From Candidatus Calditenuis fumarioli (GTDB taxonomy: Archaea > Thermoproteota > Nitrososphaeria_A > Caldarchaeales > Calditenuaceae): a DNA stretch of 64,000 nucleotides. Both the position numbers and the translations under genes were made by a program. How positions within the stretch are numbered: position 1 is the stretch's first letter; every line of letters begins with the position of its first letter. Shown in pieces: positions 38,204 to 48,514 of the stretch. Location of the stretch: contig JANVYR010000001.1 in the NCBI GenBank assembly GCA_030059665.1, forward strand, positions 576,001 to 640,000, in the 5' to 3' direction. A model generated the notes under the pieces. That model did not search any database, was not told the origin of the DNA, and saw only the letters and a list, made by a program, of their open reading frames with translations.

Positions 38204-39015
38204 ACCCCATTACCTCGCACACACTGTTCCCGGATCGACTTGAACCTGTTCCTCGCCCTGCGGAGTTGTGAGGGCAGGGCGCCGCGCTCCAGGAGGTCCA
38301 GCGTCCGCTCGCACTCCCTCAGGAAGGCCCTCATCACCCTCATGGACGCCGCGGAACGCATCGGCTCATCCAGGTAGAAGGAGTCGGATTCGGAGAGCGC
38401 GATCTCGACGAGTCTCATCAGCGCTCCCATGCTGTTGGTGGGGAGGGGCTCAGCGGCCGACCTGGACAGGGCGAGGGCCGCGGCGAGGCCGATGAAGTGC
38501 GTGAGACCGACCGAGTAGCGGACGGAGGCGTCGTGCTCCCTCAGCCCCATCGTGATGACCCTCGTGCCGGGGAGGATCCGATCGATCACGCTCCTCTCCG
38601 CTTCCTCGTCACCGGGCTCGACGTGGACCGCCACCGTACCCTCCAGGTCCTTCGTCCTCGGACCGAAGAGGGGGTGGAGCATCACCACGGTCATCCCTTT
38701 CCGCCGGAGGCGCCTCACCTCCCCCGCGACAGGCCCCTTCAGCGCCGAGATCTCGACGACGAACCCGTACCTCTTCGGAAGGGAACCGAGCTCCCTCAGC
38801 GCTCCCCTCGCTGCCCTCGACGGTACCGCGACGATCACCCCATCGCCTCCGCCGGACTCCCGGAGATCCCCTATCGGCCTCCCTCCCACCTCGGACGCAA
38901 GCCTCTCTGCGGCGTTCCGGTCGACGTCGTAGAGCTCAAGGGAGTGCCCGAGGGAGCTGAGGTGCCGCGCGAACCACCCTCCCATCTGGCCGCAGCCGAC
39001 GACGAGGAGGCGCAA
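38200..39015 (-). CDS. tyrA: Prephenate dehydrogenase
   Basis: GCGQMG, ISALK, HPLFGP, EHD...GLTH. Confidence 0.85.
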   Translation of the reverse strand: MRLLVVGCGQMGGWFARHLSSLGHSLELYDVDRNAAERLASEVGGRPIGDLRESGGGDGVIVAVPSRAARGALRELGSLPKRYGFVVEISALKGPVAGEVRRLRRKGMTVVMLHPLFGPRTKDLEGTVAVHVEPGDEEAERSVIDRILPGTRVITMGLREHDASVRYSVGLTHFIGLAAALALSRSAAEPLPTNSMGALMRLVEIALSESDSFYLDEPMRSAASMRVMRAFLRECERTLDLLERGALPSQLRRARNRFKSIREQCVRGNGV

Positions 39016-39030
39016 GGCCGCGTGGCCCGC

Positions 39031-39837
39031 TCACTCGATGTAGGAGACCCTGTCCCTCTCCTGCTCGTCGTACTCCTGCTCCAGCCCCCTCACCAGCTCC
39101 TTCAGGTCCTCGTCGCCCTCGACGAGCGAGTTGACCTTGCTGTCGAAGACCGCGGCGTCGACGTAGAGCCTCTCGAGGCTGAGGTTGATCTCGAGGACGG
39201 AGCTGAGCTTCTCGAGCACCGCCAGTACCACCCTCGGGTTCGGGATGTTCAGGTACGTGGGAACGTGACCCCAGAGCGAGAGCGCCTCCAGACCCTTCAG
39301 CGCGGAGTTGTAGATGATGTAGCTGTGCATGCTCGCGGGGCCCCTGTAGTTCGACGGGTTCATGCCGAGGGCCATGCACTTGGCGTAAAGCCTCCTGCTC
39401 GTGGTGAGGAAGGAGAGCTTCACCGGCCTGGTGTGCGGGGTCCGGTCGATGAGGCCGCCGATCGTGACGAGCGTCCTCGAGCCGAACGCGTCCATCAGCT
39501 CGAAGAGGGCCTTGACGAACTGGTCCCAGCCGTGGGAGAGCTCGTACCCCGAGAGCAGGATCAGGTCCGCGTCCTTCCTCATGGCGTAGTGTATCTCCCA
39601 CCCGGGCATCCTGATCTCCTTGATGAATCCCCCCTCGATGGTCACCACGGGCCTGTGCTGGGTGTGGTCGATCAGGTCGGAGGTCTCGATCCTCCCCAGC
39701 TCCATCGCTCCCTCAGCCTCCCTCAGGTACGCAAGGGAGAGGGTGGAGACGTTCCCGGCGTCTGCCCAGCCTCCGAAGCCCATCACGGTGATCGGGTTCC
39801 TCATCTCCGGAGTCTTGTACAGCACCAGCCTGCTCAA
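39031..39837 (-). CDS. PAC2-family proteasome assembly chaperone
   Basis: GFGGWADAG, RP.V, TIGG, PHTRP, LWGHVP.Y. Confidence 0.88.
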   Translation of the reverse strand: MSRLVLYKTPEMRNPITVMGFGGWADAGNVSTLSLAYLREAEGAMELGRIETSDLIDHTQHRPVVTIEGGFIKEIRMPGWEIHYAMRKDADLILLSGYELSHGWDQFVKALFELMDAFGSRTLVTIGGLIDRTPHTRPVKLSFLTTSRRLYAKCMALGMNPSNYRGPASMHSYIIYNSALKGLEALSLWGHVPTYLNIPNPRVVLAVLEKLSSVLEINLSLERLYVDAAVFDSKVNSLVEGDEDLKELVRGLEQEYDEQERDRVSYIE

Positions 39838-39898
39838 CCCAGTGCTACCCCTTCACGTCCCTAATAGCTCTGCTACCTCGAAAGCTGGGGGAGAAGCC

Positions 39899-40630
39899 TC
39901 AATCCACCACGCCCGACATAGCCCTGTCGATCTCGTCGGCGTCCATCTTCTCGTACCTCTCGATCGAGCCGACGTCGAGCCAGAACTCCGTCACGGTGTA
40001 CGGCACCACGACGAACCCCCTCCTGATCATCTCCGGTATCAGGTCCCTCATCAGGTCGGACCTCGGCCCCAAACCCTCGAGCAGGGCCAGCCCCCTCCCG
40101 GAGAGCGTCAGGACGCCGATCGTCACCATCAGCGGCAGCCTCGGCTTCTCCACCAGCTCGACGACCCTCTCCCCCTCCACCCTCGCAACGCCCACGGGAA
40201 GCTCGTAGCCGCTCGAGAGGGCAAGGACCGAGTCGGCCGACCTCTCCCGGTGAAGGTCGACCATCCTCGAGACGTTCAGGTTCGTCAGTATGTCGCCGTA
40301 GTGGACCAGCACGTCCTCCTCCGGCGAGAGGGCTCCGATCCTGATCGCGTTGAGGAGAGATCCTCCGGTCCCCGAGTACTCCTCTGTGTCCTCAACGTAC
40401 GTGATGCTCCAGCCGAAGCGCTCTCCGGACCCGAAGTAGTTCCTGACCTGCTCGCCCCTGTACCCCACGAGCACCACGAAGTCCGTGATCCCGTGCCTCG
40501 CGATGTTCGCTAAGACGTAGTGGAGCAGCGGCAGCTGCCTCTTCCCGACCGGGACCATGCACTTCTGAAAGTAGTACGTCAGGGGCCTGAGGCGCTTCCC
40601 CTCACCGCCTGCGAGGATTACCGCCCTCAT
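39899..40630 (-). CDS. NDP-sugar nucleotidyltransferase family protein
   Basis: LAGGEGKRLRPLT...KCMVPV, GTGG, YGDI, EKP, WLDVG. Confidence 0.88.
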   Translation of the reverse strand: MRAVILAGGEGKRLRPLTYYFQKCMVPVGKRQLPLLHYVLANIARHGITDFVVLVGYRGEQVRNYFGSGERFGWSITYVEDTEEYSGTGGSLLNAIRIGALSPEEDVLVHYGDILTNLNVSRMVDLHRERSADSVLALSSGYELPVGVARVEGERVVELVEKPRLPLMVTIGVLTLSGRGLALLEGLGPRSDLMRDLIPEMIRRGFVVVPYTVTEFWLDVGSIERYEKMDADEIDRAMSGVVD

Positions 40631-40722
40631 CCCTTCCTCGAATGCGGTGTGCTCAGACCGAATTTAACCGTTGGAGAAAAGCTGTGAGAGTGAGGGTGAG
40701 GATTTGCGGAGGAGGTTTTGGG

Positions 40723-43700
40723 TCAACCGGAGACGCAGACGGACCATCCGCAATCGGCGCACGTGACGCACCCGCTCTGGTGGATGAGCGTCCTGCTGCC
40801 GCAGACCGGACAGGCCTCTTGAGCGCCGACTTCGCCGCGGCCTCCACCCGTTGATCCTTCCACCTCCTCGGCCGCTGGGCCCACCTTCAGGAAGACCTTC
40901 GCCTCCTCCGGCGACTTCTCCTCCAGGTGGCGCAGGAAAGGCGTCACGTCGATCCCGAGCGACCTCATCATCTCGATCGTGTTGTTCCTGACCCTGAGCA
41001 CGTACCTCTCGGTCCGCTGGGATGGCGTCACAAGGACCTGCCCGGGCTTCGACTGGTCCCTGTAGATCGTGATCCCCTTGAGACCGAGCCTGTAGGCGAA
41101 GAGGTAGGCCGCCTCGACGTCCTCCACGGTCACCCACGAGGGCATGTTGATCGTCTTGCTAACGGCCGCGTCCACCCAGAGGCCGACGTGGTACTGCGCC
41201 CTCACGTGGTCCCACCAGGGTATGTCGTAGGCCACCACGAAGACCCTCATCGCCTCCTCGTCGAAGAGGTCGTCCAAGCCCTGGATCGAGCCGCCGTTCT
41301 CCGCGACCCTCTTCAGGACCTCGTCGGTCTTCATGCCCCTCTCCTCCAGGTACCTCTCGAACTCGGGGTCGATGTAGTAGAAGGTACCGACGGTCACCCT
41401 CTTCTCGTAGACGAGCGCGAAGACCGGTTCGAGGCCCGAGCTCGTGTCGACGAGCATCGATATGCTCCCCGTCGGAGCGATGGAGAGGACGAAGCTGTTC
41501 CTGATCCCGTTCCTCTTTATCTCCTCCACGACCCTGTCCCAGTCCATCGTCCAGAGCTCCCTGTGGTAGAAGCCCTCCAGCGGCAGATGGCCCTCGGGAT
41601 AGCTGCTCTGCCAGTAGAGCGGGAACGGCCCCCTCTCCTTCGCCCTTTTGGCGCTCTCCATGTAGGCGTGCCAAGCCACGAACTCCATTACCCTCTGCAT
41701 CGCCTCGAACCCCTCCTCGCTGTTGTAGGGGATCCTCAGGGCGTACAGCATGTCGGCGAGCCCCATTATCCCGAGGCCCACCCTTCTCGTCCTGTGGGCC
41801 ATCTCGTCGATCTCCTTAAGCGGGTAGTTGTTGACGTCGATCACGTTGTCCAGGAACCTGTAGGCGATCCTGACGGTCTCCGCGAGGGCCTCCCAGTCGA
41901 CCTCCGCCTTCCCGTTGACCCTCTTGACGAAGGCGTGGAGGTTGACGGACCCGAGGTTGCAGACCTCGTACTCGTACAGAGGCTCCTCACCGCAGTTGTG
42001 GACGAGGAGCCCGTTGGCGTCGAACGCGTTTATCCCCGGCACGGAGACGTCGTAGACCTCCTCGACGCCGTCAGGGCAGACCGACTCCACGGTGGCGACG
42101 AAGAGCTCTCCGTTCGGCCTCCTCCGGTAGCTTGCCAGGTGCTCCAGCAGCTTCCTCCGCTTTTCGGTATGGGAGAGGCCTATCAGCTCGGCGAATCTGA
42201 CGAGGCTCTCGTTCGAGATCACCAGCTCGTACTGCGGTGCCGTCTCGTACTCCCTGTAACCTCCGCGCCCGTCCGGCAGGGGTTTCACCGCGCGGTCCCT
42301 GCGCTTGTAGATCCTGCTGAAGATCCCGAGCCTGAGCAGCATCCGCTGGACGGATTTCAGGAATGCCAGATCGCTCTGCGCGAGACGCAGCGAGACGCCC
42401 TTCCTGTGACTGCCCTGAACCGAGCCGTCGCTGTCGAAGAGCGCCCTAAGGTAGCCCCTATAGAACTCGGACGATTGGCGCTCCAGCTCCGGAGTAACGA
42501 CCCGTGCCCCTCCCCTCCCGGGCCTGAGGCCGAGCCTCGCGGCGAGTTCCGTGATCGCCGAGAGCCTCATGACGTAGCGCCCGCCGTGCGGGCCGATCCA
42601 TCCGCCCCAGTCGCTCCTGTGGGGGAGGTGTGATGCGGCCTCCTCCAGCTCGAGCATCGTCTCGGCAGCCCCTCCGTCCGCTGCCCATACCGCTATGACT
42701 GCGCGAGTCCTCCCTCTTCCTCCGTTGGTGATCCAACCGTCGCCAGCCAGAGCTCCCACCAGCAGCCCCTCTTCGTAGCCCAGCTCCCCAGGCCATCCGG
42801 CGAGGGCCCTGTGGTCGTTCAGTAGGACCTTGTCCCCCGGTCTCAGATCAGAAGCCCTGCACCACTCCCAACTGACCTCGTAGCTCCACCCGCCTCCGAT
42901 CCATTTCCTCCTCACCGAGGTCACCTTCGCCACCGGATGGTCGCCCGTGAGCCGGAGCTCGTATCCTTCACGAGTGATGAGCCTCAGGACGGGTTTGACG
43001 CCGGTGCTGAAGAAGCCGCTCTCGGACCTGTAGACCCTTCCGTTTACCACCAGGTCCACCGGTCGTCCGACCAGCTCCTTGACCTGCCTCGGCCCCTCTG
43101 CGGTCATCACCCACGTGTCTCCGGTAACGCAGGGGTTGGTAGCCCGTATCTCGCCGAGCGCCTTCCTCAGGACGTTCCGTCTGTTGATGTTGTCCAGGAA
43201 GAGGACGCCTGGGTCCGCGGTCTTCCAGGCCATCTGCGCGATGAGCCTGAAGAGGTGCCTCGGGTTGACCCTCCCCCAGACCTTCCCGTTCCTCGGGTTG
43301 ATCAGCGGGTAGGGCTCGTTCCTCTCGAGGTGCTCCCAGAACGAGGGCTCTATCAGGACGCTGATGTTGAAGTTCTCCAGGACGCCCGGCTGCTCCTTCG
43401 CCCTGACGAACTTCTCGATGTCAGGGTGCCAGACCTCGAGGATCCCCATGTTCGCTCCCCTGCGCTTCCCTCCCTGCTTGACGACGTCGGTCACCGTGTC
43501 GATGATCCGCATGAACGTCACAGGCCCCGAGGCCACGCCGGATGTCGATGCCACTATGTCTCCCTCGGGCCTCAGCTTCGAGTAGTTGATCCCAATCCCT
43601 CCACCGCTCTTGAAGATCATCGCCGCATCGGTGGCCGCCTTCATGATCGATTCCATGTTGTCGTCTATCGGGAGGACGAAGCACGCCGACAGCTGTCCGA

Positions 43701-44526
43701 GCCTCGTCCCGGCGTTGAAGAGGGTCGGGCTGTTGGGCATGAATTTCTTCTCCGCCATGAGGTCGTAGTACCTGAGGTAGTCGGCGGCGTGGTCGTCGAG
43801 CTCTCCGGACCTCAGCATCTCCAGGAACCTCGAGAAGGGAACCCTCATCGCTCCCTCGGAGTTCAGCCGGTCGTAGAGCGCCTTCATCCGGTCCAGGTGC
43901 CATCGGTTCCAGGTGAAGAGGAGGTTGCCCTCGCTGTCCCTCAGCCCGAGCTTCCCCTCCCAGAGGACCGGGTCGAACTCCTCGTTCGGGTGGACCGGCT
44001 GGCCCCTGTCGACGTCGAAGACCCTCGGGTCGTAGAGGAGGTCCGGGATCACCACGAGCGCCGCGATCCTCTGGAACATCTGCTTCGGTCCCTCGATGAG
44101 CTTCCCCTCCTCGTTCCTGAGCAGGTACCTCGAGGCCATCAGCCTGAGCGCGTTGACCGAGAAGCGCTTGTCCACCTCGTCCAGGTAGTCCTTCTCCAGT
44201 ATCCGCATCTTCTCCTTCCTGATCCTCTCCCTCTCCTTCCGGTAGAGGATGTAGGCCTTGGCGACCTCGTACAGGTCGAACTTCACCAGCGTCAGCTCCA
44301 CCAGGTCCTGGACGTCCTCGACGTGGGGGATCCTCTCTGTCCCGAACTTCTCGGCTATCAGCTGGAGGACGTGCTGCGTCACCTTGTCCAGCAGCTGCTC
44401 GTCGAGCTTCCCCGTGGCGACCATCGCCTTCCTTATCGCGTTCCTGATCCTCTCGGGATCGAAGTCGACGACCCTTCCGTCGCGCTTTACGATCCTCTTC
44501 ACCGGGTACTGCTCAACGTCGTACAT
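40723..44526 (-). CDS. nrdJ: Class II (B12) ribonucleotide reductase with ATP cone and intein
   Basis: KRDG ATP cone, PNSPTL.N, LSAC, GGG.G, NP|C..CGE, GLG.MG, APTGSIS, C-terminal CxxC..CxxC. Confidence 0.96.
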   Translation of the reverse strand: MYDVEQYPVKRIVKRDGRVVDFDPERIRNAIRKAMVATGKLDEQLLDKVTQHVLQLIAEKFGTERIPHVEDVQDLVELTLVKFDLYEVAKAYILYRKERERIRKEKMRILEKDYLDEVDKRFSVNALRLMASRYLLRNEEGKLIEGPKQMFQRIAALVVIPDLLYDPRVFDVDRGQPVHPNEEFDPVLWEGKLGLRDSEGNLLFTWNRWHLDRMKALYDRLNSEGAMRVPFSRFLEMLRSGELDDHAADYLRYYDLMAEKKFMPNSPTLFNAGTRLGQLSACFVLPIDDNMESIMKAATDAAMIFKSGGGIGINYSKLRPEGDIVASTSGVASGPVTFMRIIDTVTDVVKQGGKRRGANMGILEVWHPDIEKFVRAKEQPGVLENFNISVLIEPSFWEHLERNEPYPLINPRNGKVWGRVNPRHLFRLIAQMAWKTADPGVLFLDNINRRNVLRKALGEIRATNPCVTGDTWVMTAEGPRQVKELVGRPVDLVVNGRVYRSESGFFSTGVKPVLRLITREGYELRLTGDHPVAKVTSVRRKWIGGGWSYEVSWEWCRASDLRPGDKVLLNDHRALAGWPGELGYEEGLLVGALAGDGWITNGGRGRTRAVIAVWAADGGAAETMLELEEAASHLPHRSDWGGWIGPHGGRYVMRLSAITELAARLGLRPGRGGARVVTPELERQSSEFYRGYLRALFDSDGSVQGSHRKGVSLRLAQSDLAFLKSVQRMLLRLGIFSRIYKRRDRAVKPLPDGRGGYREYETAPQYELVISNESLVRFAELIGLSHTEKRRKLLEHLASYRRRPNGELFVATVESVCPDGVEEVYDVSVPGINAFDANGLLVHNCGEEPLYEYEVCNLGSVNLHAFVKRVNGKAEVDWEALAETVRIAYRFLDNVIDVNNYPLKEIDEMAHRTRRVGLGIMGLADMLYALRIPYNSEEGFEAMQRVMEFVAWHAYMESAKRAKERGPFPLYWQSSYPEGHLPLEGFYHRELWTMDWDRVVEEIKRNGIRNSFVLSIAPTGSISMLVDTSSGLEPVFALVYEKRVTVGTFYYIDPEFERYLEERGMKTDEVLKRVAENGGSIQGLDDLFDEEAMRVFVVAYDIPWWDHVRAQYHVGLWVDAAVSKTINMPSWVTVEDVEAAYLFAYRLGLKGITIYRDQSKPGQVLVTPSQRTERYVLRVRNNTIEMMRSLGIDVTPFLRHLEEKSPEEAKVFLKVGPAAEEVEGSTGGGRGEVGAQEACPVCGSRTLIHQSGCVTCADCGWSVCVSG
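41995..43131 (-). mobile_element. 379-aa intein with LAGLIDADG homing endonuclease in RNR
   Basis: Starts CVTGDT after ATNP and ends LVHN before CGE. Blocks LAGDG and LFDSDGS are present. Confidence 0.95.
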
Positions 44527-44740
44527 CCGAAGACGTCACCACCGATTGGGGCCTTATGCGGGTTTCCCTCACGACCCACTCTGTGTACCCCTCGGCCCGT
44601 GATAAAGACTGCACGGTATGACCGTCGCAGATTATCAGGGAATGGATCTCGGGCGCCAGTTTGGCCAGAGCTGGACCCTGTGCCGTCTTCCGAGCTACCT
44701 TTTTTATAAGGCGGTGCGGAAATCACGCCAAGTCGGGATC

Positions 44741-45292
44741 ATGTTCTTTCTGGTCAGGGTGGAGGACGTCGTGGGCATAGAGCCGCGCGAGTTCGGGAGG
44801 CCGCTCAAGCAGGTGGTGATGGAGAAGCTCTCAAGCGCCTACGAGGGGCTCGTCGACGAGGAGCTGGGCTACGTCGTCGCGGTCATCGACGCAGAGGTCG
44901 ACCCGATAGGAGTACTGCTGCCGAAGGACCCCGCATCCTACCACAGGGTAGTCTGCACCCTGCTCGCGTTCATCCCGCAGGTCCAGGAGGTCGTCGAGGG
45001 CGAGGTCGTGGACGTCACCGAGTTCGGTGCCTTCGTCAGGATAGGAACCGTCGATGCGCTGCTCCACCTCTCCCAGATCATCGACGACTACGTCTCGTTC
45101 GACAAGAGGAACATGGAGCTCATCGCCACCAAGTCGGGCCTCCGGCTCGGCGTCGGCGACAGGGTGAGGGCGAGGATAGTTGCGGTCTCGATCGCCGGAG
45201 GTAAGGTAGGGCTCACCACCCGGCAGCCGTACCTCGGCAAGCTCGAGTGGATCGAGCAGCAGCTGGCCCCGAAGCCTCAGGCGAAGAGGTGA
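44741..45292 (+). CDS. rpoE1: RNA polymerase subunit Rpo7 (E')
   Basis: IEP..FG, EGEVV....FGAFVRIG..DALLH.SQI.DD, RQP.LGKLEW. Confidence 0.95.
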   Translation: MFFLVRVEDVVGIEPREFGRPLKQVVMEKLSSAYEGLVDEELGYVVAVIDAEVDPIGVLLPKDPASYHRVVCTLLAFIPQVQEVVEGEVVDVTEFGAFVRIGTVDALLHLSQIIDDYVSFDKRNMELIATKSGLRLGVGDRVRARIVAVSIAGGKVGLTTRQPYLGKLEWIEQQLAPKPQAKR

Positions 45293-45298
45293 GCGGCC

Positions 45299-45484
45299 CT
45301 GAGGGAGAGGGCCTGCAGGGAGTGCAGGGCCATCACCACCGGTGACAGGTGCTGGAACTGCGGCTCCACCAACCTTTCCAACAGCTTCTCCGGGTTGATC
45401 GTCGTCCTGGTCCCCGAGGAGTCGGAGATCGCGAAGCTGCTGAACATCGCCAAGCCGGGGAGGTATGCGGTCAAGGTCGAGTGA
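45299..45484 (+). CDS. spt4: Spt4 (RpoE''), apparent CTG start; missed by the ORF track
   Basis: ACRECR..CWNCGS..S..FSGLIVV..PEESEIAKLL.I..PG.YAVKV. A GAGGTGA SD lies 6 nt before CTG 45299. Confidence 0.9.
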   Translation: MRERACRECRAITTGDRCWNCGSTNLSNSFSGLIVVLVPEESEIAKLLNIAKPGRYAVKVE

Positions 45485-46019
45485 GGTCTTCCCGCCCGGT
45501 GCGGAGGTCCTCAGGCTCAAAGACGAGCACCGGCAGCTCCTGAAGAGGCCGCTCGGTCGCCTGATCACCGGCCCGCCGGACCAGGTCTCGCTCGAGTTGG
45601 GGAGGGCGATCTCGGCCAGGAAGGGCCCTCTGGTGGTGGTGGGGGACGTGGTCTCTTCGACCGTCTCCCCTTTCTCGCCCAACGAGGTCGTCTACGTGAC
45701 CGACGGCAAGACGCTCCGCGAGCTCACGTCGGAGGTGAGGCTCGATGTGGACAGGGTGGTCAGGTGCCGGAACGAGGCTGGGACGATCTCGAGGGAGGCC
45801 TTCGAGGCCCTCGAGGAAGCGATTCGCTCCGGCGGAAGGGTCCACCTGGTGGTGGAGGGGGAGGAGGACCTCCTGGCGCTCGCGGCCGTCTACCTCGTCC
45901 CCTCGGGCGGCCTCGTGGTCTACGGTCAGCCCGGCGAGGGCGTGGTGGTTGTGGAGGTGGACGACGCGATCAGGTCCTTCGCGTATTCGGTGCTGAAGGC
46001 CATGGTCCCTGAGCGGTGA
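45465..46019 (+). CDS. GTP-dependent dephospho-CoA kinase (DUF359)
   Basis: LKRPLG, VGDVV, DGKT.R, N..GTI, V.GEEDLL, YGQP.EG.V. Confidence 0.88.
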   Translation: MRSRSSEVFPPGAEVLRLKDEHRQLLKRPLGRLITGPPDQVSLELGRAISARKGPLVVVGDVVSSTVSPFSPNEVVYVTDGKTLRELTSEVRLDVDRVVRCRNEAGTISREAFEALEEAIRSGGRVHLVVEGEEDLLALAAVYLVPSGGLVVYGQPGEGVVVVEVDDAIRSFAYSVLKAMVPER

Positions 46020-46023
46020 GCTG

Positions 46024-46236
46024 TCACCTCCTCCTCGCTCTTGCGGGTGAGGGCTTCGGCGCCTCTGCGGTCTTGAAGATCGTGTGGTGGCACCGGCCGC
46101 AGTAGTACCTGTCTCCGTGGTCGGCCATGAAGTAGCCCTCTCCGCAGACGGGGCAGAACCTGCTCTTCCTCACCAATTTCCCGTCCTGCGTGACCTCGTA
46201 CAGCTTGTAAAGCGGTCTCGTCCCTCCCCTCACCAT
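46024..46236 (-). CDS. rps27ae: 30S ribosomal protein S27ae
   Basis: LY.V..DGK..RK..FCP.CG.GYFMA.H.DR.YCG.C. Confidence 0.93.
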   Translation of the reverse strand: MVRGGTRPLYKLYEVTQDGKLVRKSRFCPVCGEGYFMADHGDRYYCGRCHHTIFKTAEAPKPSPARARRR

Positions 46237-46279
46237 CGGAGGAGTCCGCTGAAGGCCCAGTAAAGAACGTTCGCCGGGC

Positions 46280-47500
46280 TCAGACCAGGTCCCTTCCGAT
46301 GAGGGTCCTCGCGACGATCAGCTTCATGATGTTCTCGGTTCCCTCGGCTCCGACGACGTAGCTGAAGGCCCCGAGCCAGGCCCTCATGATGGGGAGCTCC
46401 TTGAAGTACGCCGCTCCCCCGAACCACTTGGTTACCTCCATCCCTATCTCGACCGCGAGCGGAGCGCACTTCAGCTTTGCCATCGCGCCGTACAGGGCCA
46501 CGTCGCTCAGCGTGAAGTTGGGATCCTTGTGGAAGTAGTAACGGTCTGCGACCCACGCGGCCTTGTAGCAGAGGAGCCTCGCGGCCTCGAGCTCCTTCGC
46601 CAGCTCCGCGAACCTGAAGCTGATGGACTGGTACGAGGCTATCGGCCTCCCGAAGACCTCCCTCTTTCTGATCCACTCGAGGCCCTGGTCTAGCAGCCAC
46701 CTGGCGCATCCTATCGTGACAGCACCGATCATGCTCCTCGCGAGGTTGAAGCCCTCCATCGCGATCTTGAACCCGCCGTTCACCTCGCCTATCCTGTAGT
46801 GGTCCTTCACCCTGGTTCCGTTGAAGGTGATCACCGATGTGTCCAGGCCCCTCCTCGCGATCTCTGTCCATGGTCTGTACGAGACCGTTGGGTCCCTTAC
46901 GCCGTTCCGCTTCATCGGCACGAAGAAGTCGGTTATTGTCCTGTGCTTCAGCGCCGGATCCCCTGTCCTGGCTATCGTGAACCAACCTCCTCCCCACCTG
47001 AGGGACTCGATCACCGTCGGGAGCGAGGTCATGGTCTTCTCGCCGCTGATGACCCACTCGTCACCCTCCCTCACGGCCCTCAGCCTGACATCGGAGACGT
47101 CGCTTCCCCCGTGGGCCTCAGTGCTCGAGATCCCCATGGCCGCCCTCCCCTTCGCTATCTCAGGAAGGACCTCGGCCTTCGCCTCCTCGGTGCCGTAGAG
47201 CTGGAGGACATAGGGCCATGAGGCCTGGATGAGGAAGAGCACCGCGATCGAGAGCGCTGGGCCGTGGTAGGCGAGCTCCTCCCCGGCGATGGCTGCCTCC
47301 GTGAAGGTCCCTCCCTGACCTCCGTACTCCTCGGAGATCGTGAGGCCGTAGATCCCCGCCTGGGCCATCCGCTCGATCAGGTCGGTTGGTATGACGCCCC
47401 TCTCGTCGACGTCGATCCAGATCGGCTCCACGTGCCGCTTGCAGAACTCCCTCACCGACTCCCTGAAGATCCTGTGCTCGGGCGATTCGGAGAAGTCCAC
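46280..47500 (-). CDS. Acyl-CoA dehydrogenase
   Basis: [39 protein letters not shown]. Confidence 0.92.
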   Translation of the reverse strand: MDFSESPEHRIFRESVREFCKRHVEPIWIDVDERGVIPTDLIERMAQAGIYGLTISEEYGGQGGTFTEAAIAGEELAYHGPALSIAVLFLIQASWPYVLQLYGTEEAKAEVLPEIAKGRAAMGISSTEAHGGSDVSDVRLRAVREGDEWVISGEKTMTSLPTVIESLRWGGGWFTIARTGDPALKHRTITDFFVPMKRNGVRDPTVSYRPWTEIARRGLDTSVITFNGTRVKDHYRIGEVNGGFKIAMEGFNLARSMIGAVTIGCARWLLDQGLEWIRKREVFGRPIASYQSISFRFAELAKELEAARLLCYKAAWVADRYYFHKDPNFTLSDVALYGAMAKLKCAPLAVEIGMEVTKWFGGAAYFKELPIMRAWLGAFSYVVGAEGTENIMKLIVARTLIGRDLV

Positions 47501-47587
47501 GCCGGAACCGCGCGTCCGCCGTATTTCTCCCTTGGTGGACGACCTCTTGCAGTTGCTCCCGAGAGGATCCGTATCAGGGCTTCGCCG

Positions 47588-48478
47588 CTATCCCACAGAC
47601 GGCACGACGTCCTTGACGAACTCCCTCATCTTCGAGAGCAGCGCGTCCACCGGCAGGTCTCCGAGGTAGATTGCGACGTGCTCGACGCCGAGCTTCGCGT
47701 ACCTCGAGAGCTCCTCCGCCACCCTGGATGCCCATCCCCCCACGATGTACCTCCTCTCACCGGAGCCGGATCTGGATTCCTCGCTCTTCGCGCTGGGATC
47801 GAGCTTGACGGTCAGCCTCCCGCTGACGGTGAAGCCCTCCCGTCCAGAAGACCTGATCAGCGCCATCCGCTCCTCCAGCTCGTCGAACGGTATCCCCGTG
47901 AAGTGCCAGCCGTCGGCCAGCGAGAGAGCCCTCCTCACGGCCCTCTCCGTGTTCCCTCCGACCCAGATCCTGGGCCCTCCTTTCTGCGCCGGCAAAGGGC
48001 TGAAGATCACGTCCCTCACCCGGTGGAACCTGCCCTCGAAGACGGGCCGCTCGCTGGACCAGAGCACCCGCAACAGCCTCAGCTGCTCCTCGAGGAGCGC
48101 GCCCCTCCTCCTGAAGTCGACGCCGAAGGTCCTGAACTCCGTCGGCTCCCAACCCGCGCCCACCCCCACGATCAGCCTCCCTCCGGAGAGGTAGTCGATG
48201 GTGGCCAGCTGCTTCGCCGTCAGGATCGTCGGCCTCAAAGGCATCACCACGATCGAGGTCCCGAGCGTGATGCTCTCGGTCTTAGCGGCGATGTAGCTGA
48301 GCGTCGTCAGTGACTCGAGGATCCTGCCGTAGGGATAGGGGTGGGCTGCGCCCACCGTGATGTGGTCTGTGGTCCAGACCGAATCGTACCCGAGTCTCTC
48401 CGCCTCCATCGCCGATCTCACGACTCCCTCCCTGCTGAGGTTGTTGCCGAAGTTGGGCACGCAGATCCCGAACCTCAC
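47588..48478 (-). CDS. LLM-class (F420-dependent-like) oxidoreductase
   Basis: GYDSVWTTDH, LGTSI, AKQLATID.LS.GR..VGVGAGW, P.IWVGG. Confidence 0.88.
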   Translation of the reverse strand: MRFGICVPNFGNNLSREGVVRSAMEAERLGYDSVWTTDHITVGAAHPYPYGRILESLTTLSYIAAKTESITLGTSIVVMPLRPTILTAKQLATIDYLSGGRLIVGVGAGWEPTEFRTFGVDFRRRGALLEEQLRLLRVLWSSERPVFEGRFHRVRDVIFSPLPAQKGGPRIWVGGNTERAVRRALSLADGWHFTGIPFDELEERMALIRSSGREGFTVSGRLTVKLDPSAKSEESRSGSGERRYIVGGWASRVAEELSRYAKLGVEHVAIYLGDLPVDALLSKMREFVKDVVPSVG

Positions 48479-48514
48479 GGAACCCCTCCGGCTTTTCCTG
48501 GATTTAACCGGATT

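Noticed and set aside
36431-38377. Very long antisense and off-frame ORFs (also 40927-42633, 42937-44709, 38497-39864 and many others)
   Set aside because: These are shadow ORFs of high-GC coding genes. They are Arg/Pro/Gly-rich, carry no family motifs, and overlap well-supported genes.
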